Below, piece after piece: positions 35,065 to 44,356 of a stretch of DNA of 64,000 bases; position 1 is the stretch's first letter, and each line of letters begins with the position of its first letter. The position numbers were made by a program, and so were the translations under genes. The DNA is taken from positions 28,836-92,835 of the forward strand of contig WGCV01000010.1 in the NCBI GenBank assembly GCA_015493615.1, given 5' to 3'. Source of the DNA: Melioribacteraceae bacterium. Lineage in GTDB: Bacteria > Bacteroidota > Ignavibacteria > Ignavibacteriales > Melioribacteraceae. Below the pieces are notes generated by a model. That model was given only the letters and a program-made list of their open reading frames with translations. It was not told where the DNA came from and did not search any database.

Positions 35065-36075
35065 TCATAAAATCTGCATTGCGCGTGTAAAAACCGTATC
35101 GGCATTAATTCCTCCGGCGCCTTGGAACCTGCATTGTTTTATGTCCGCAGGGCAATTGGCTGCGCAGTATGATTCTACCGGTTGAATAAAATAGGCGTCG
35201 TTTCCAATCGGACTCCACAACTGAGGCGATGCGGCGGGCAGTCGGCAGAAAAGCGTCAATGTCGGAACTTTAAGCGCGGCGGCGACATGAGACGGTCCTG
35301 TACTGGATGAAATCAATAAATCCGCCATTGCAACATCAATAAAAAATTCTCTCCCCGAGCGGCTTAAATATATTACATTTTCAATGTTCTGCAACTCTGC
35401 CGGGACTTCAAAATCCGTTACGACTACTTTTATTCCTGGCGTTTTTGATAACCGTCTTACCAGTTTGCCGTATTCGGATGCGGGCATGTTCGGCGTTGAA
35501 AATCCGTAAGTTGAATGAACCGCTACAAGCTTTTCGCCGTTGGGGCAGAACATCTTTTTCCGTTCCGCTGATTCCGCTTTTTCCCCTTCGGTAAGATGAA
35601 TTTCAGAAGCATAGTTGAAGGAGTTTATCCCGATTTTTCTGGCGAAATCAAGCGCGTAATCGGCTTCGTGGCGGAGCGGAATGTACTTGTTTCTGCTTAC
35701 GCTTTTTACTCCGGTTACGGCTTGGAAAATTTTCCAGCCTGTCCCGTATCTCTGCTTAATTCCGGCAAAAAAAAGAGCGTAATTAATCCGCTCGTCCGGT
35801 AAAATCATAAATGCGTGAGTAAACTTAAAACGCCTGATTTCTTTTACCTTTTTGAAAAAGTCGGATAATGTTTCCTGCGGAAAATCGTCCCAGAGAATTA
35901 TCCGATCTACGAAAGGATTATTTTCGTAAACGGCTTTAGTATATTTTTTTACGAGAACGGCGACAAAAGAATCGGGGAAATGTTTTTTGATTTCACGGGG
36001 AAGGGGAGTTGAAAGGACTACATCTCCGAGCCGGTCTTGCCTTACAATCAATATCCTTTTCTGTTTATTCCTCAT
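35065..36075 (-). CDS. Glycosyltransferase family 9 (heptosyltransferase-like)
   Basis: RILIVRQDRLGDVVLSTPLPREIKKHFP and LLISSSTGPSHVAAALKVPTLTLF are typical GT9 motifs. Confidence 0.8.
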   Translation of the reverse strand: MRNKQKRILIVRQDRLGDVVLSTPLPREIKKHFPDSFVAVLVKKYTKAVYENNPFVDRIILWDDFPQETLSDFFKKVKEIRRFKFTHAFMILPDERINYALFFAGIKQRYGTGWKIFQAVTGVKSVSRNKYIPLRHEADYALDFARKIGINSFNYASEIHLTEGEKAESAERKKMFCPNGEKLVAVHSTYGFSTPNMPASEYGKLVRRLSKTPGIKVVVTDFEVPAELQNIENVIYLSRSGREFFIDVAMADLLISSSTGPSHVAAALKVPTLTLFCRLPAASPQLWSPIGNDAYFIQPVESYCAANCPADIKQCRFQGAGGINADTVFTRAMQIL

Positions 36076-36078
36076 TTT

Positions 36079-37194
36079 TCAAACAAAGTAGCGCTTCACT
36101 TTTTCAAACTCATTTTCCCAGTTAAGCTCTTCTCTTGCGGACGCCGCATTCAACTTGTATTTTTCAAGGAGTTCGGAGTTCTCGGATAATTTTTTAACGG
36201 CGTCGTTTATCTCTTCCTGATTTTCCGGATTAACGGTTTCGCCCACTTTATATTCGTCAACAATCTTTTTCATTTGCGGAAGAGGAGAAGAAAGAACGCA
36301 AAGCCCCGCATTCAGATATTCAAACAGTTTGTTGGGAAGCGCATAATAATAACTTGTGCTGATATTTTCAATCAGCGTTAAACCGATGTCGCCGGAAGCC
36401 GTGTAATTAAGAAGCTCTTTATGTTCAACCGCTCCCGTAAGGAAAACTTTGTCCCGGAGATTTTCTTCATCAATCAGCATTTTGATTTTATCTTCATCTG
36501 GCCCGTAACCGATTAAAACAAGAGCGGTGTTGGCAATCGTTTTAACCGCTTCAATCGATTGATAAATCCCGCGCCCTTTCTGCAGCATTCCCTGGTAAAT
36601 AAGAATTACGCTTTTCTCGGGGATACCGAATTTCTCACGCAGATTGAAAATTTTCTCCGGCTTTGGGGAAATTTTACGGGGAATATTTCTGATTACAATT
36701 ATCTCTTTGGGATGATAAAGCTTCTCGATAAACTCTTTGTCCATTTCTCCGGTTACTGTAACAACATCAACATATTTGATGAAAAATTTTTCGATTGCCG
36801 CAATTAATTTTTGCACGGATGATTTACCCGCAAGACCTCCGATTGAAGTATAAAACTCGCGACTGTTGTAGTAGAGCTTTTTTCTTCTCCCTTTCGCAAT
36901 TATCGCGGTTACGGGAAGTGTGTAAACATCTTCGGCTACATAAATATCCGCTGTAATATCAAGCAGTTTAAAAAATAGTTTTGCGGCAGATTTTAAGTAG
37001 AACAAAAAAGCGGGGCGGCGGTTAATCTTATAAATAAACCAATCTTTGGGATTATCGTAATTTCCCGAATACCAATTAAATCCGATTACATTAACATCTT
37101 TGCCGAGCGCGGAAAGTGATTCGTAGATATTTGTGATTCGCGAATCGGTGTGGGGATTTCCCAGAAATGCAAAACAAATATCGGCGCGCGCCAT
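36079..37194 (-). CDS. Glycosyltransferase family 4/1
   Basis: GT-B C-terminal pattern LPNKLFEYLNAGLCVLSSP. 371 aa. 3-nt gap to the GT9 gene. Confidence 0.7.
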   Translation of the reverse strand: MARADICFAFLGNPHTDSRITNIYESLSALGKDVNVIGFNWYSGNYDNPKDWFIYKINRRPAFLFYLKSAAKLFFKLLDITADIYVAEDVYTLPVTAIIAKGRRKKLYYNSREFYTSIGGLAGKSSVQKLIAAIEKFFIKYVDVVTVTGEMDKEFIEKLYHPKEIIVIRNIPRKISPKPEKIFNLREKFGIPEKSVILIYQGMLQKGRGIYQSIEAVKTIANTALVLIGYGPDEDKIKMLIDEENLRDKVFLTGAVEHKELLNYTASGDIGLTLIENISTSYYYALPNKLFEYLNAGLCVLSSPLPQMKKIVDEYKVGETVNPENQEEINDAVKKLSENSELLEKYKLNAASAREELNWENEFEKVKRYFV

Positions 37195-37196
37195 CT

Positions 37197-38162
37197 CTAT
37201 CTCAATTTAAGTCTGAGAGTATTGCGCATAACCGTTTTGGCATCAAACTTTTCCTTAAAGTTGATTAAGCTCATGCTTGGCGTCATTGGGTTTGCGGCTT
37301 TAGTGTCCTGTGAGACGCCGATGTCAACATATTTGTAGCCGCGCTCGGTGGAATATTTTACAACCTCGTACATCACTCTCTGAATCGGTTTCAGATGCTG
37401 ATAATCATAAAGGAGCATATTGTAAAAACAGAGCGCGACATTTTTGTTGGTGAAGAACATCGAGGAGCCGGCAATCGGTTTGTTTTTGTAGTAAACCATA
37501 AAGAGTTTCAGAGCGCCGGGCATTAATTTATTCAGTTTCAGCAAATCTTCGTAGGAGTGCGTCGGCTTAACGTTGTGCCGCGCTTTGTTATCAAGCAGAA
37601 TCGGATAAAACTCGTCGTAGCGTTCGTTAATCTCAACGCGGATGTCGGGATTGCGTAGTGATTTTCGCACGTTGCGCCGGATAGTCGGGGAAAAGCGGGA
37701 GATGATTTCGCGTTCTTTATCAAGTTTAATCGCGCTTGAAATGTAGTGTAAATCAAATTTAAATCCCGACCAAAGCATTGCAAAATCAAGATTCTGGTTC
37801 TGAACGGTTTCGTAAATTTGCGGAGCCGCTGTCAGAAGGTATTCGGAAAAACCTTTTTTCTTGCCGTAGTCAATTATCGTTTCGACGATTTTTAAGGTCT
37901 TTTCAAATTTAATATCTTTAGTTACAATCGAACCGTAACTCGCGCCAATCGGGGACTCAAAAATATTGCCTTCAACAATAGAGCCGGGTAAAAGCGCAAC
38001 TATGTTCCCTTTATCCAAAACAATTAAATGGTTAAAATTAAATTTACCGGGAGTGTGATAATCAAAAAAAATCTGTTTGTGGAACATCGTCCCGTTGTTG
38101 GATTCGTCCACAAAGCGGTCCCACTTTTCTTTCCATTCCTCGCTGTATTCAACAACTTCCAT
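37197..38162 (-). CDS. FemAB-like / GNAT-fold acyltransferase-family protein
   Basis: Size and N-terminal pattern (EEWKEKWDRFVDESNNGTMFHKQIFFDYH) resemble FemAB/BioF2-like acetyltransferases found in polysaccharide loci. Tentative. Confidence 0.4.
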   Translation of the reverse strand: MEVVEYSEEWKEKWDRFVDESNNGTMFHKQIFFDYHTPGKFNFNHLIVLDKGNIVALLPGSIVEGNIFESPIGASYGSIVTKDIKFEKTLKIVETIIDYGKKKGFSEYLLTAAPQIYETVQNQNLDFAMLWSGFKFDLHYISSAIKLDKEREIISRFSPTIRRNVRKSLRNPDIRVEINERYDEFYPILLDNKARHNVKPTHSYEDLLKLNKLMPGALKLFMVYYKNKPIAGSSMFFTNKNVALCFYNMLLYDYQHLKPIQRVMYEVVKYSTERGYKYVDIGVSQDTKAANPMTPSMSLINFKEKFDAKTVMRNTLRLKLR

Positions 38163-38174
38163 AAAAGAAAATCC

Positions 38175-39077
38175 TTAAAAAGTATATTGTATTGAAATGA
38201 TGTTCGAGTTACCGAGCGCGTAATCGAACGGAGCAAACGCGTAATCAAAATTAAATCCGCGCCAGTTTAAGCCGAGTCCCACCGAATAGGAACGCGCTTC
38301 ATAGCCGGTTATATATCCGGCGCGCACAAAAACAAAATCTTTAAATCCTACTTCCGCTCCGGTGTGAAGATGAAAATTATTGTCGTCAAAATATTTTCGA
38401 ACCGCGGTAAACAGTTCGACGCTGAAATTATTAACCGGCTGCGGAATAAAATAACCTGCGCCGCCGGAAATCGAAGCGGGCAGCTTGGTAGCGTCATTTT
38501 TCAGCTGATTCATCGATCCGATATTACGAACCGCAAATGTCAAATTGAGATTACTGATTATGTTTTTATAAATAGCTCCGAAATCAAACGCCCAGCCGGT
38601 AGCCTCATCTGCATAAATTCCCTGATACAAAAACTTAACTGTTCCGCCTACCGAAATTGATTTATTCAAGTTAAACGCCGAGGAAAGCGCCGCCGCAAAA
38701 TAATTAACATTAAATGTTCCGAGCGCTTCGCCCGGTTTTTGTCTCAGCTCAATATTGTTGATAGCGGAGCTGTTGATGTATGCGGCAAAAGGAAGTCCGA
38801 ACATATAAAATTTAGCTCCGAGCATTTCGCTTCTGACGTCGGTCATCCAGCTGTTGTGAGATAAAGTGATTTGCGAATTATCGTTTAGGGTAAGAAGAGC
38901 GGGATTGTATGCCGAAGCCGTTGAGTTGTTTGCCGAAATAACTCCGGCGTCTCCAAGCGCAATGTTTCTTGCTCCGAAGCCGATTTTTAAAAATGACATT
39001 CCGCTCTTGACCTCTGTCTGTGCAAACAAACTTGCCGTAAACAGAATTATTGTTATCAGAATTGATTTTAACTTCAA
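38175..39077 (-). CDS. PorV/PorQ-family-like outer-membrane beta-barrel
   Basis: Signal peptide. GMSFLKIGFGARNIALGDAGV and YNPALL motifs. Ends in an aromatic residue (IQYTF). Confidence 0.5.
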   Translation of the reverse strand: MKLKSILITIILFTASLFAQTEVKSGMSFLKIGFGARNIALGDAGVISANNSTASAYNPALLTLNDNSQITLSHNSWMTDVRSEMLGAKFYMFGLPFAAYINSSAINNIELRQKPGEALGTFNVNYFAAALSSAFNLNKSISVGGTVKFLYQGIYADEATGWAFDFGAIYKNIISNLNLTFAVRNIGSMNQLKNDATKLPASISGGAGYFIPQPVNNFSVELFTAVRKYFDDNNFHLHTGAEVGFKDFVFVRAGYITGYEARSYSVGLGLNWRGFNFDYAFAPFDYALGNSNIISIQYTF

Positions 39078-39215
39078 TTTATTTTCCTTAAAAATTTAAA
39101 TATTAAAAATAAGAAAATTACTTTTCAATTTTTGTTCATTATTTCCCGGCTAAATTATTTTTATCTGCTAGGGAAATTTAGTTTAATCAAATTTCTCTCT
39201 GCGTTATTTAAAGTT

Positions 39216-39453
39216 CAACTGCTCCGCAGTTGCGTCGTTTTTTTATTGTTACCCCGAACTTCGTTCGGGGCTATTCAAATTCGACTGCTTCACAGTCGGT
39301 GAAAATCTAACTTCTCGTAAGTATGATGCAATTTTATTTGTGAAACAAAGCAAGTTTATGCAACAGGAAGTGCGAAGCACTTCAATTTGAATAACTATGG
39401 ACGAAGTCCATAGGCAAACAAAACCAAAAATCCAAGGAACTACGAAGTAGTTC
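39216..39453. repeat. Array of six short GNA-triloop hairpins in a 477-bp non-coding gap
   Basis: caactgc-tcc-gcagttg (39216-32), ccccgaac-ttc-gttcgggg (39252-70), cgactg-cttca-cagtcg (39282-98), gaagtgc-gaa-gcacttc (39367-83), ctatggac-gaa-gtccatag (39395-413), gaactac-gaa-gtagttc (39437-53). Confidence 0.8.
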
Positions 39454-39554
39454 AACTAAGTATGTAGAGTTGGAGTGGTTTTATAAATAATATATTTCCA
39501 GCACATCAAAAAATAATTTAACCTATTTTCTACAAATGAGGATTTAAAAACAAT

Positions 39555-40544
39555 CTACAACCCGAGAACAATCCCGACAATGTGTCTGTCGCCGGTAGAG
39601 TAAGGTTCGTAAACATAAGCATAGTTAACTCCCGCCTCAACGCCAAGCAGCTGATGCGAATATTCAAATCCGAATGAAAAAAGAGCGGGTTCGTCGAAAT
39701 TGGAAATGTTTAATCTGTTAATTCCGGCGCGGAAGAATAAGCGTTCCATTGGATTATACTCAACTCCCGCCCGTAAATAATTTGTCGCCGCAGAAGAACG
39801 CTCGTATTCAAGAGAGAAAGTGGAGTTAAATGATTTAATAAAATATGAAGTCCCGAGTTTTGCCAGCCAGGGAAAAGCGTCCTCGCTGATTTTTCCGTAG
39901 ATTGAATAGAGCGATGAAGTATCCCACTTGTAGGAGCTGTTTAAATCCGTTACGACAAAAGATACGTTCATCTTGTCATTTACGCGGTAAAGCGCTCCGA
40001 GATCAAAACCGAGTGAAGTTGATGAGATTTTTTCGTAGAGCTTGAAGTAGTAAAACTTCATCGATAGACCTACCGCGAGTTTATCTCCGACCATCTTTGA
40101 GATTGAAATTAAAAATTGATTCTCGGAAGTTGAGAGTTCGCCGGTGGAAAAGCCCTGATTGTCGCGTCCCGAAATTCCGCTTACTCCCGCGTTTATTATG
40201 CCAAGACTAACGCCTGCGGTTGAACGGGCTTTTCCCGTTTTTTTATCTTTTCCAATAGAAAACTTTTTTGTAAAGCCGACGAAGTTCAGATGTCTGTCGA
40301 AAGAAAGAGAGCTGTAAGCCGCTTGAAAACGGTTCCCTTTTTGAAAAACCGATAACGCCGGATTGTAGTAAGCGGAAAGAGAACCGCTTGTAACCGACGA
40401 CATTGCGTTGCCCATTGCAATTCCTCTTGCGCCGAATCCCATTCTGCTGAAGGCGCCCGGCATACTTGCAATTTTGCTCATTTCCGGCTGGGCGTAAATA
40501 AATGTAAAACTAAAAAACAATAAAATTGACAGAAGCTTTTTCAA
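39555..40544 (-). CDS. PorV/PorQ-family-like outer-membrane beta-barrel (paralogue of 38175-39077)
   Basis: Signal peptide. PGAFSRMGFGARGIAMGNAMS and YYNPALS motifs. Confidence 0.5.
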   Translation of the reverse strand: MKKLLSILLFFSFTFIYAQPEMSKIASMPGAFSRMGFGARGIAMGNAMSSVTSGSLSAYYNPALSVFQKGNRFQAAYSSLSFDRHLNFVGFTKKFSIGKDKKTGKARSTAGVSLGIINAGVSGISGRDNQGFSTGELSTSENQFLISISKMVGDKLAVGLSMKFYYFKLYEKISSTSLGFDLGALYRVNDKMNVSFVVTDLNSSYKWDTSSLYSIYGKISEDAFPWLAKLGTSYFIKSFNSTFSLEYERSSAATNYLRAGVEYNPMERLFFRAGINRLNISNFDEPALFSFGFEYSHQLLGVEAGVNYAYVYEPYSTGDRHIVGIVLGL

Positions 40545-40560
40545 TGCTTTCTCCTAAAAT

Positions 40561-42165
40561 TTATCTGATAACCATTATTTTTCCGTAGGAATTAAACGAA
40601 TCATTTTCCTCAATCGTATAAAAATAAACGCCGTTCGGAACGACATTTCCGTTTTCGTCCCGTCCGTCCCAAGTTTCAATGTCTTCTCCGTAATCGCGGG
40701 AGGCGTTTTGAACAACAGTTTTAATAATCTGCATATTGAAATTCATTATACGGATTGTAACTTTATTACCGCCGCTGTTAACATTGAACTTTATTCGCAA
40801 GTTACCGAAATCGGGATTGAACGGGTTCGGCATCGCATAGGATGTTTCGCCGGAACCTGAAAGGGGACGGCTTGCGAGGAAAACGCTCCAAGTTCCGCTC
40901 CAGGGAATAGCGCCTTCTTCAAGTTTAGCCAAACCGTTTGCGGAGCCGAGCCAAATCGTCGCTCCGGAAGCGGATGAATTTTGAACAGCTGCAGCATAAA
41001 AAACATTTGTCTCAATTGTCAGACTTCCGCCGGTTTCTCTGATTTGCCCGGGGAGCGTCCAGCTTTGTCCGTTGTGGGAGCTTCTGAAAACTCCGTTATC
41101 CGTTGTAACAAATACGTCCGATGAATTATTGCCGTTATTTTTGAATGCAAAGGAATGACCTTTTTCTCCAGATAAAAACACGCTCCATGTATTTCCGCCA
41201 TCCGAAGAAGCGGAGACACCGTAAAAAGCGTAAGCGTCGATTGCGGGCCAAGTTGTAGCCCAAACAGTGTTTGTGTTGTTATCGTAATTGAGCGAGGTGA
41301 TAAAATTACCGCTTATCGAATGACTTTGATTCTGGTGATTGAATTTGGTCCAACTTATTCCACCGTCTGTGGATTTGTTAATTCCGTTTGCAGTGCCAAC
41401 ATAAATAAATCCGGAATCGCTGACTGCGATTGAGAAGGAAACATGATTCAAATATTGCTCGGGACCAAATGCGCCGGCAACAGGCTGAAGCGAAAAGTGG
41501 AGAGTATCGTCAGGACTGATGGAATCAAGATAATCAGGCGGAAGAACCACGCGCTCAAAGTTTGTTCCCGGATTTGCCAGAAATTTTCCGAGGGGAATTC
41601 TTCTCAATCCGCCCGCCCATGAAGCCGTGTAAAGAGTGTCGTTCAACACCGCCATATCGTAAGTTACATTTTGCTGGGGCACGGTTACCGGCAGCGCTCT
41701 TATATGATTGATTCCGTAAACAATAATCGAATCGCCCGGGTCGTCCGTTGACTGCGGCGCCGATTCCCAAGTTACTCCGCCATCGGTTGAAAATCTTATC
41801 CCGGAGCCGGTCGGCACGCTCTCTCCCGCAAGTCCGGTTTCGGTGTGTCCGGTTGCGGCAAAAATTATTCCGTCATAAATAAGCAAAGAATAAATCGCTT
41901 CTGTTCCGAAAGCGTCTGTTCCGTAAAAGTTTGTCCAGTTTTCGCCGCCGTCGGTAGTGTAGCTTAGTCCCCTTGAAGTTCCTATCCAGACTGTGTCTCC
42001 TTGAATCTCGATTTCGGAAACAGAGTTGCTCAAAGGATTTTTTGTTTGAGTTACATTACCTTTTAATATTTTATTATTCCCAATCAAAAATTTTTCGGGG
42101 CGGATTTGCGCCGAAAGAAAATAGGGAAGCAATAGAGCTAGAGCCGCTAAAAGTTTTATTCTCAT
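40561..42165 (-). CDS. BNR/Asp-box beta-propeller protein with a C-terminal FlgD-Ig/T9SS-type sorting domain
   Basis: Asp-boxes TTDGGENWT, STDGGVTWES, STDGGISWTKF, SSDGGNTWSV, SHNGQSWT. C-terminal PNPFNPD...WDGRDENGNVVPNGVYFYTIE. Confidence 0.75.
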   Translation of the reverse strand: MRIKLLAALALLLPYFLSAQIRPEKFLIGNNKILKGNVTQTKNPLSNSVSEIEIQGDTVWIGTSRGLSYTTDGGENWTNFYGTDAFGTEAIYSLLIYDGIIFAATGHTETGLAGESVPTGSGIRFSTDGGVTWESAPQSTDDPGDSIIVYGINHIRALPVTVPQQNVTYDMAVLNDTLYTASWAGGLRRIPLGKFLANPGTNFERVVLPPDYLDSISPDDTLHFSLQPVAGAFGPEQYLNHVSFSIAVSDSGFIYVGTANGINKSTDGGISWTKFNHQNQSHSISGNFITSLNYDNNTNTVWATTWPAIDAYAFYGVSASSDGGNTWSVFLSGEKGHSFAFKNNGNNSSDVFVTTDNGVFRSSHNGQSWTLPGQIRETGGSLTIETNVFYAAAVQNSSASGATIWLGSANGLAKLEEGAIPWSGTWSVFLASRPLSGSGETSYAMPNPFNPDFGNLRIKFNVNSGGNKVTIRIMNFNMQIIKTVVQNASRDYGEDIETWDGRDENGNVVPNGVYFYTIEENDSFNSYGKIMVIR

Positions 42166-42962
42166 TATTGAACCGTTAAATTGTGTGAAATAATATTGCT
42201 CAGGGAATCCTGATAATCAATCGCCCGGAAATCCATTCGCCAAACTCCGGCAGGCTGTCCGGAGGGAATTAAAAGCTGCATTGTGTAAATTCCGTCGCCG
42301 GCTGTTACATCGCCCGATTCTGAAGTGTCGCCGCTGTCTGAAAGGGGAAATTCCGAAATCCCTTGGCTGTTTACAATCAAAGCGCCGTCCGGTTTGTATA
42401 ATTTGTAGTAAACTTCCCTGACATCACTAGCTCCGTTTATATCATAAACATCAACGTGGAAAGTAAATTTCTCATTGAAAGCGACTGTATCGGGAATTAC
42501 CAAATTGGAAAGAACCGGAGGAGAGTTTTCGTAAATCCTTTTAATGTAAATGTATTTTACCGCCAATTTTTCGGATAATCCTGAAATAAGCGTAACTGCA
42601 AAATCAATCGAATAGACGCCCGACGTAAATGTGGTATCTATTCCGAATGACGCCGAGTATTCGGCTGTTGTATCATTGAACTGCGCGGATTGACTTAACG
42701 CGACAGTTGCAAGGGGAATGTTATCCCTAAAGTCGTTGAGCGTTGCCGTAACCGATTTTATCTCCTCGGGATGAGATAAAACAATTTTTGCCGTGAAAGT
42801 TGTGACCACGGAATAAGTAAGAGTGTCGGGAGAATCAACGGAAACTACAGCAACGCGAGAGTTTGCTCCGTTTGTTACAGGGTCAACGATTGTCCCGTCT
42901 TCCTTTGCGCATCCGTAAAAGAAGAGCAAAGGGAGAAAAATCATAACAATAATTTTTTTCAT
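42165..42962 (-). CDS. Lipoprotein of unknown function (Ig-like repeats likely)
   Basis: Lipobox LLFFYGC. Beta-rich sequence. 1-nt overlap with the downstream gene. Confidence 0.45.
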   Translation of the reverse strand: MKKIIVMIFLPLLFFYGCAKEDGTIVDPVTNGANSRVAVVSVDSPDTLTYSVVTTFTAKIVLSHPEEIKSVTATLNDFRDNIPLATVALSQSAQFNDTTAEYSASFGIDTTFTSGVYSIDFAVTLISGLSEKLAVKYIYIKRIYENSPPVLSNLVIPDTVAFNEKFTFHVDVYDINGASDVREVYYKLYKPDGALIVNSQGISEFPLSDSGDTSESGDVTAGDGIYTMQLLIPSGQPAGVWRMDFRAIDYQDSLSNIISHNLTVQ

Positions 42963-43145
42963 CAGATAGCCTTTATTGAATCAGCGAGGTATTTTCGAGA
43001 TGAAAACACCGAGAAAACAGTTAATTATTTAAAATAAAATGTAGAAATTTTCTCAGTCTTTTTCCTTTTTGGTTTTTTTTGTTTCTAAGTATATGAATGA
43101 TATTGCAAATTGTCAAGTTATGTTCAAGGAATAGGGCGGCGCCGT

Positions 43146-43187
43146 CTCATAACTCATAACTCATAACTCATTACTCATAACTCAAAG
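43146..43187. repeat. Tandem heptamer array (ctcataa x3, ctcatta, ctcataa, ctcaaag)
   Basis: Read directly from the sequence. It starts 12 nt beyond the stop of the 43199 gene. Confidence 0.85.
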
Positions 43188-43198
43188 CACATCACTTT

Positions 43199-44356
43199 CT
43201 AACTTTCGACAACTGAAACCGGTTCGACCAGTTTTGTCAATTTATTGTAATTAATAATTTTTGATAATGTTGCGAGATTCAGCTCCGTTCCTTTCGGCAG
43301 AAGCAAGAATCCATTCGAATCTTTCAAATTTTCAACTAAAATATCGCCTTCTTTTAATTCCGGAATTGTTTTTAAAACTACAAGTTTTTTATCTTCGATT
43401 CCTTCAACTTCCGCAACCAATGCTCCGAAAATTTTCTCATCATATTTAACGCCGACATATTTCTCCATTTCCCTTAATGCAATGGATTCATTATACTCTT
43501 TGGCGTTCAGTTCAAAAAAATCGTTCAGCGTTTTAAGAATTCTTCCGGCAAATGGAATTTCGGTTCCGCTCTTTTTATATTCGGACAATGAATGTTTGTA
43601 ATCAACGTATTGATAATAAACGCTTTCAGCGACGTAATCCAAACGGGGGATATTCCTGAGAAGTTTTGCCCCGAGTTTCGGATGAGAATAGAACATCTCG
43701 CTTTCCGATTCGGATATCTCAAAGCCGTGCAGTTTCTTTTCAATTATGTCGTTGGGAACGCTGACCAGACCGATCTGCGATACAAGCGCCGCAATTTCAA
43801 TTTCCCACAAGTTATTTCTCTGAAGTCTTTTCGCAATTTTAACGGAATATTTGCTCAGCCTTGACGAGAGATTAAATACCAGCGGATTGACGACGGATAA
43901 AATATCAATTAACGCTTTTACGCTTCCTCGTAAAGTTTTGTTCAGCAGTTCCTTTTCGACTCTGACCAGTTCATATTGCCGTATTCCTTCATCAATTGTT
44001 TTTTTTAGTTTTTCAACCGGACAAGGTTTTGTGAGAAATCTGAAAATATGTCCTTCGTTTACGGCGTCCATTGTAATATTCAAATCGGCAAAGCCCGTTA
44101 ACATAATGCGTACGGTATCTTTTGAAATTTCCTTAACCTTTTTAAGAAACGTAACTCCATCAATTCCCGGCATTTTAAAATCCGAAACAACAACCGCAAA
44201 AGGCCCATGATTTTTTAGCATTGATAATCCTTGTTCGCCGCCTTGAGCTACAAAGATTTCATAATCCAGTCTCAAATTTCTTCTATAAGCATTTAAAACA
44301 TTTACTTCGTCGTCAACCAATAAAACTTTCGCTCCTTTTCTACTCTCCATAATCAA
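43199..44356 (-). CDS. Response regulator: canonical REC + degenerate HD-GYP-like output domain
   Basis: REC motifs LLVDDE, VVVSDFKMPGIDG, IMLTGF, FLTKP. The output region aligns with HD-GYP, but SQIGL replaces HDIGK, YYQY replaces HHE, and there is no GYP. TTG start. Confidence 0.7.
   Translation of the reverse strand: MIMESRKGAKVLLVDDEVNVLNAYRRNLRLDYEIFVAQGGEQGLSMLKNHGPFAVVVSDFKMPGIDGVTFLKKVKEISKDTVRIMLTGFADLNITMDAVNEGHIFRFLTKPCPVEKLKKTIDEGIRQYELVRVEKELLNKTLRGSVKALIDILSVVNPLVFNLSSRLSKYSVKIAKRLQRNNLWEIEIAALVSQIGLVSVPNDIIEKKLHGFEISESESEMFYSHPKLGAKLLRNIPRLDYVAESVYYQYVDYKHSLSEYKKSGTEIPFAGRILKTLNDFFELNAKEYNESIALREMEKYVGVKYDEKIFGALVAEVEGIEDKKLVVLKTIPELKEGDILVENLKDSNGFLLLPKGTELNLATLSKIINYNKLTKLVEPVSVVES

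Noticed and set aside
39216-39453. Possible CRISPR array, because of the regularly spaced short palindromes.
   Set aside because: The six palindromes all have different sequences, are only 17-19 nt long and are irregularly spaced (29-85 nt). There is no repeated unit and no cas gene in the window.
39249-39455. A 68-aa minus-strand ORF between the two PorV-like genes.
   Set aside because: It is composed of the hairpin array. Its codons are dictated by palindromes, and it has no start context.
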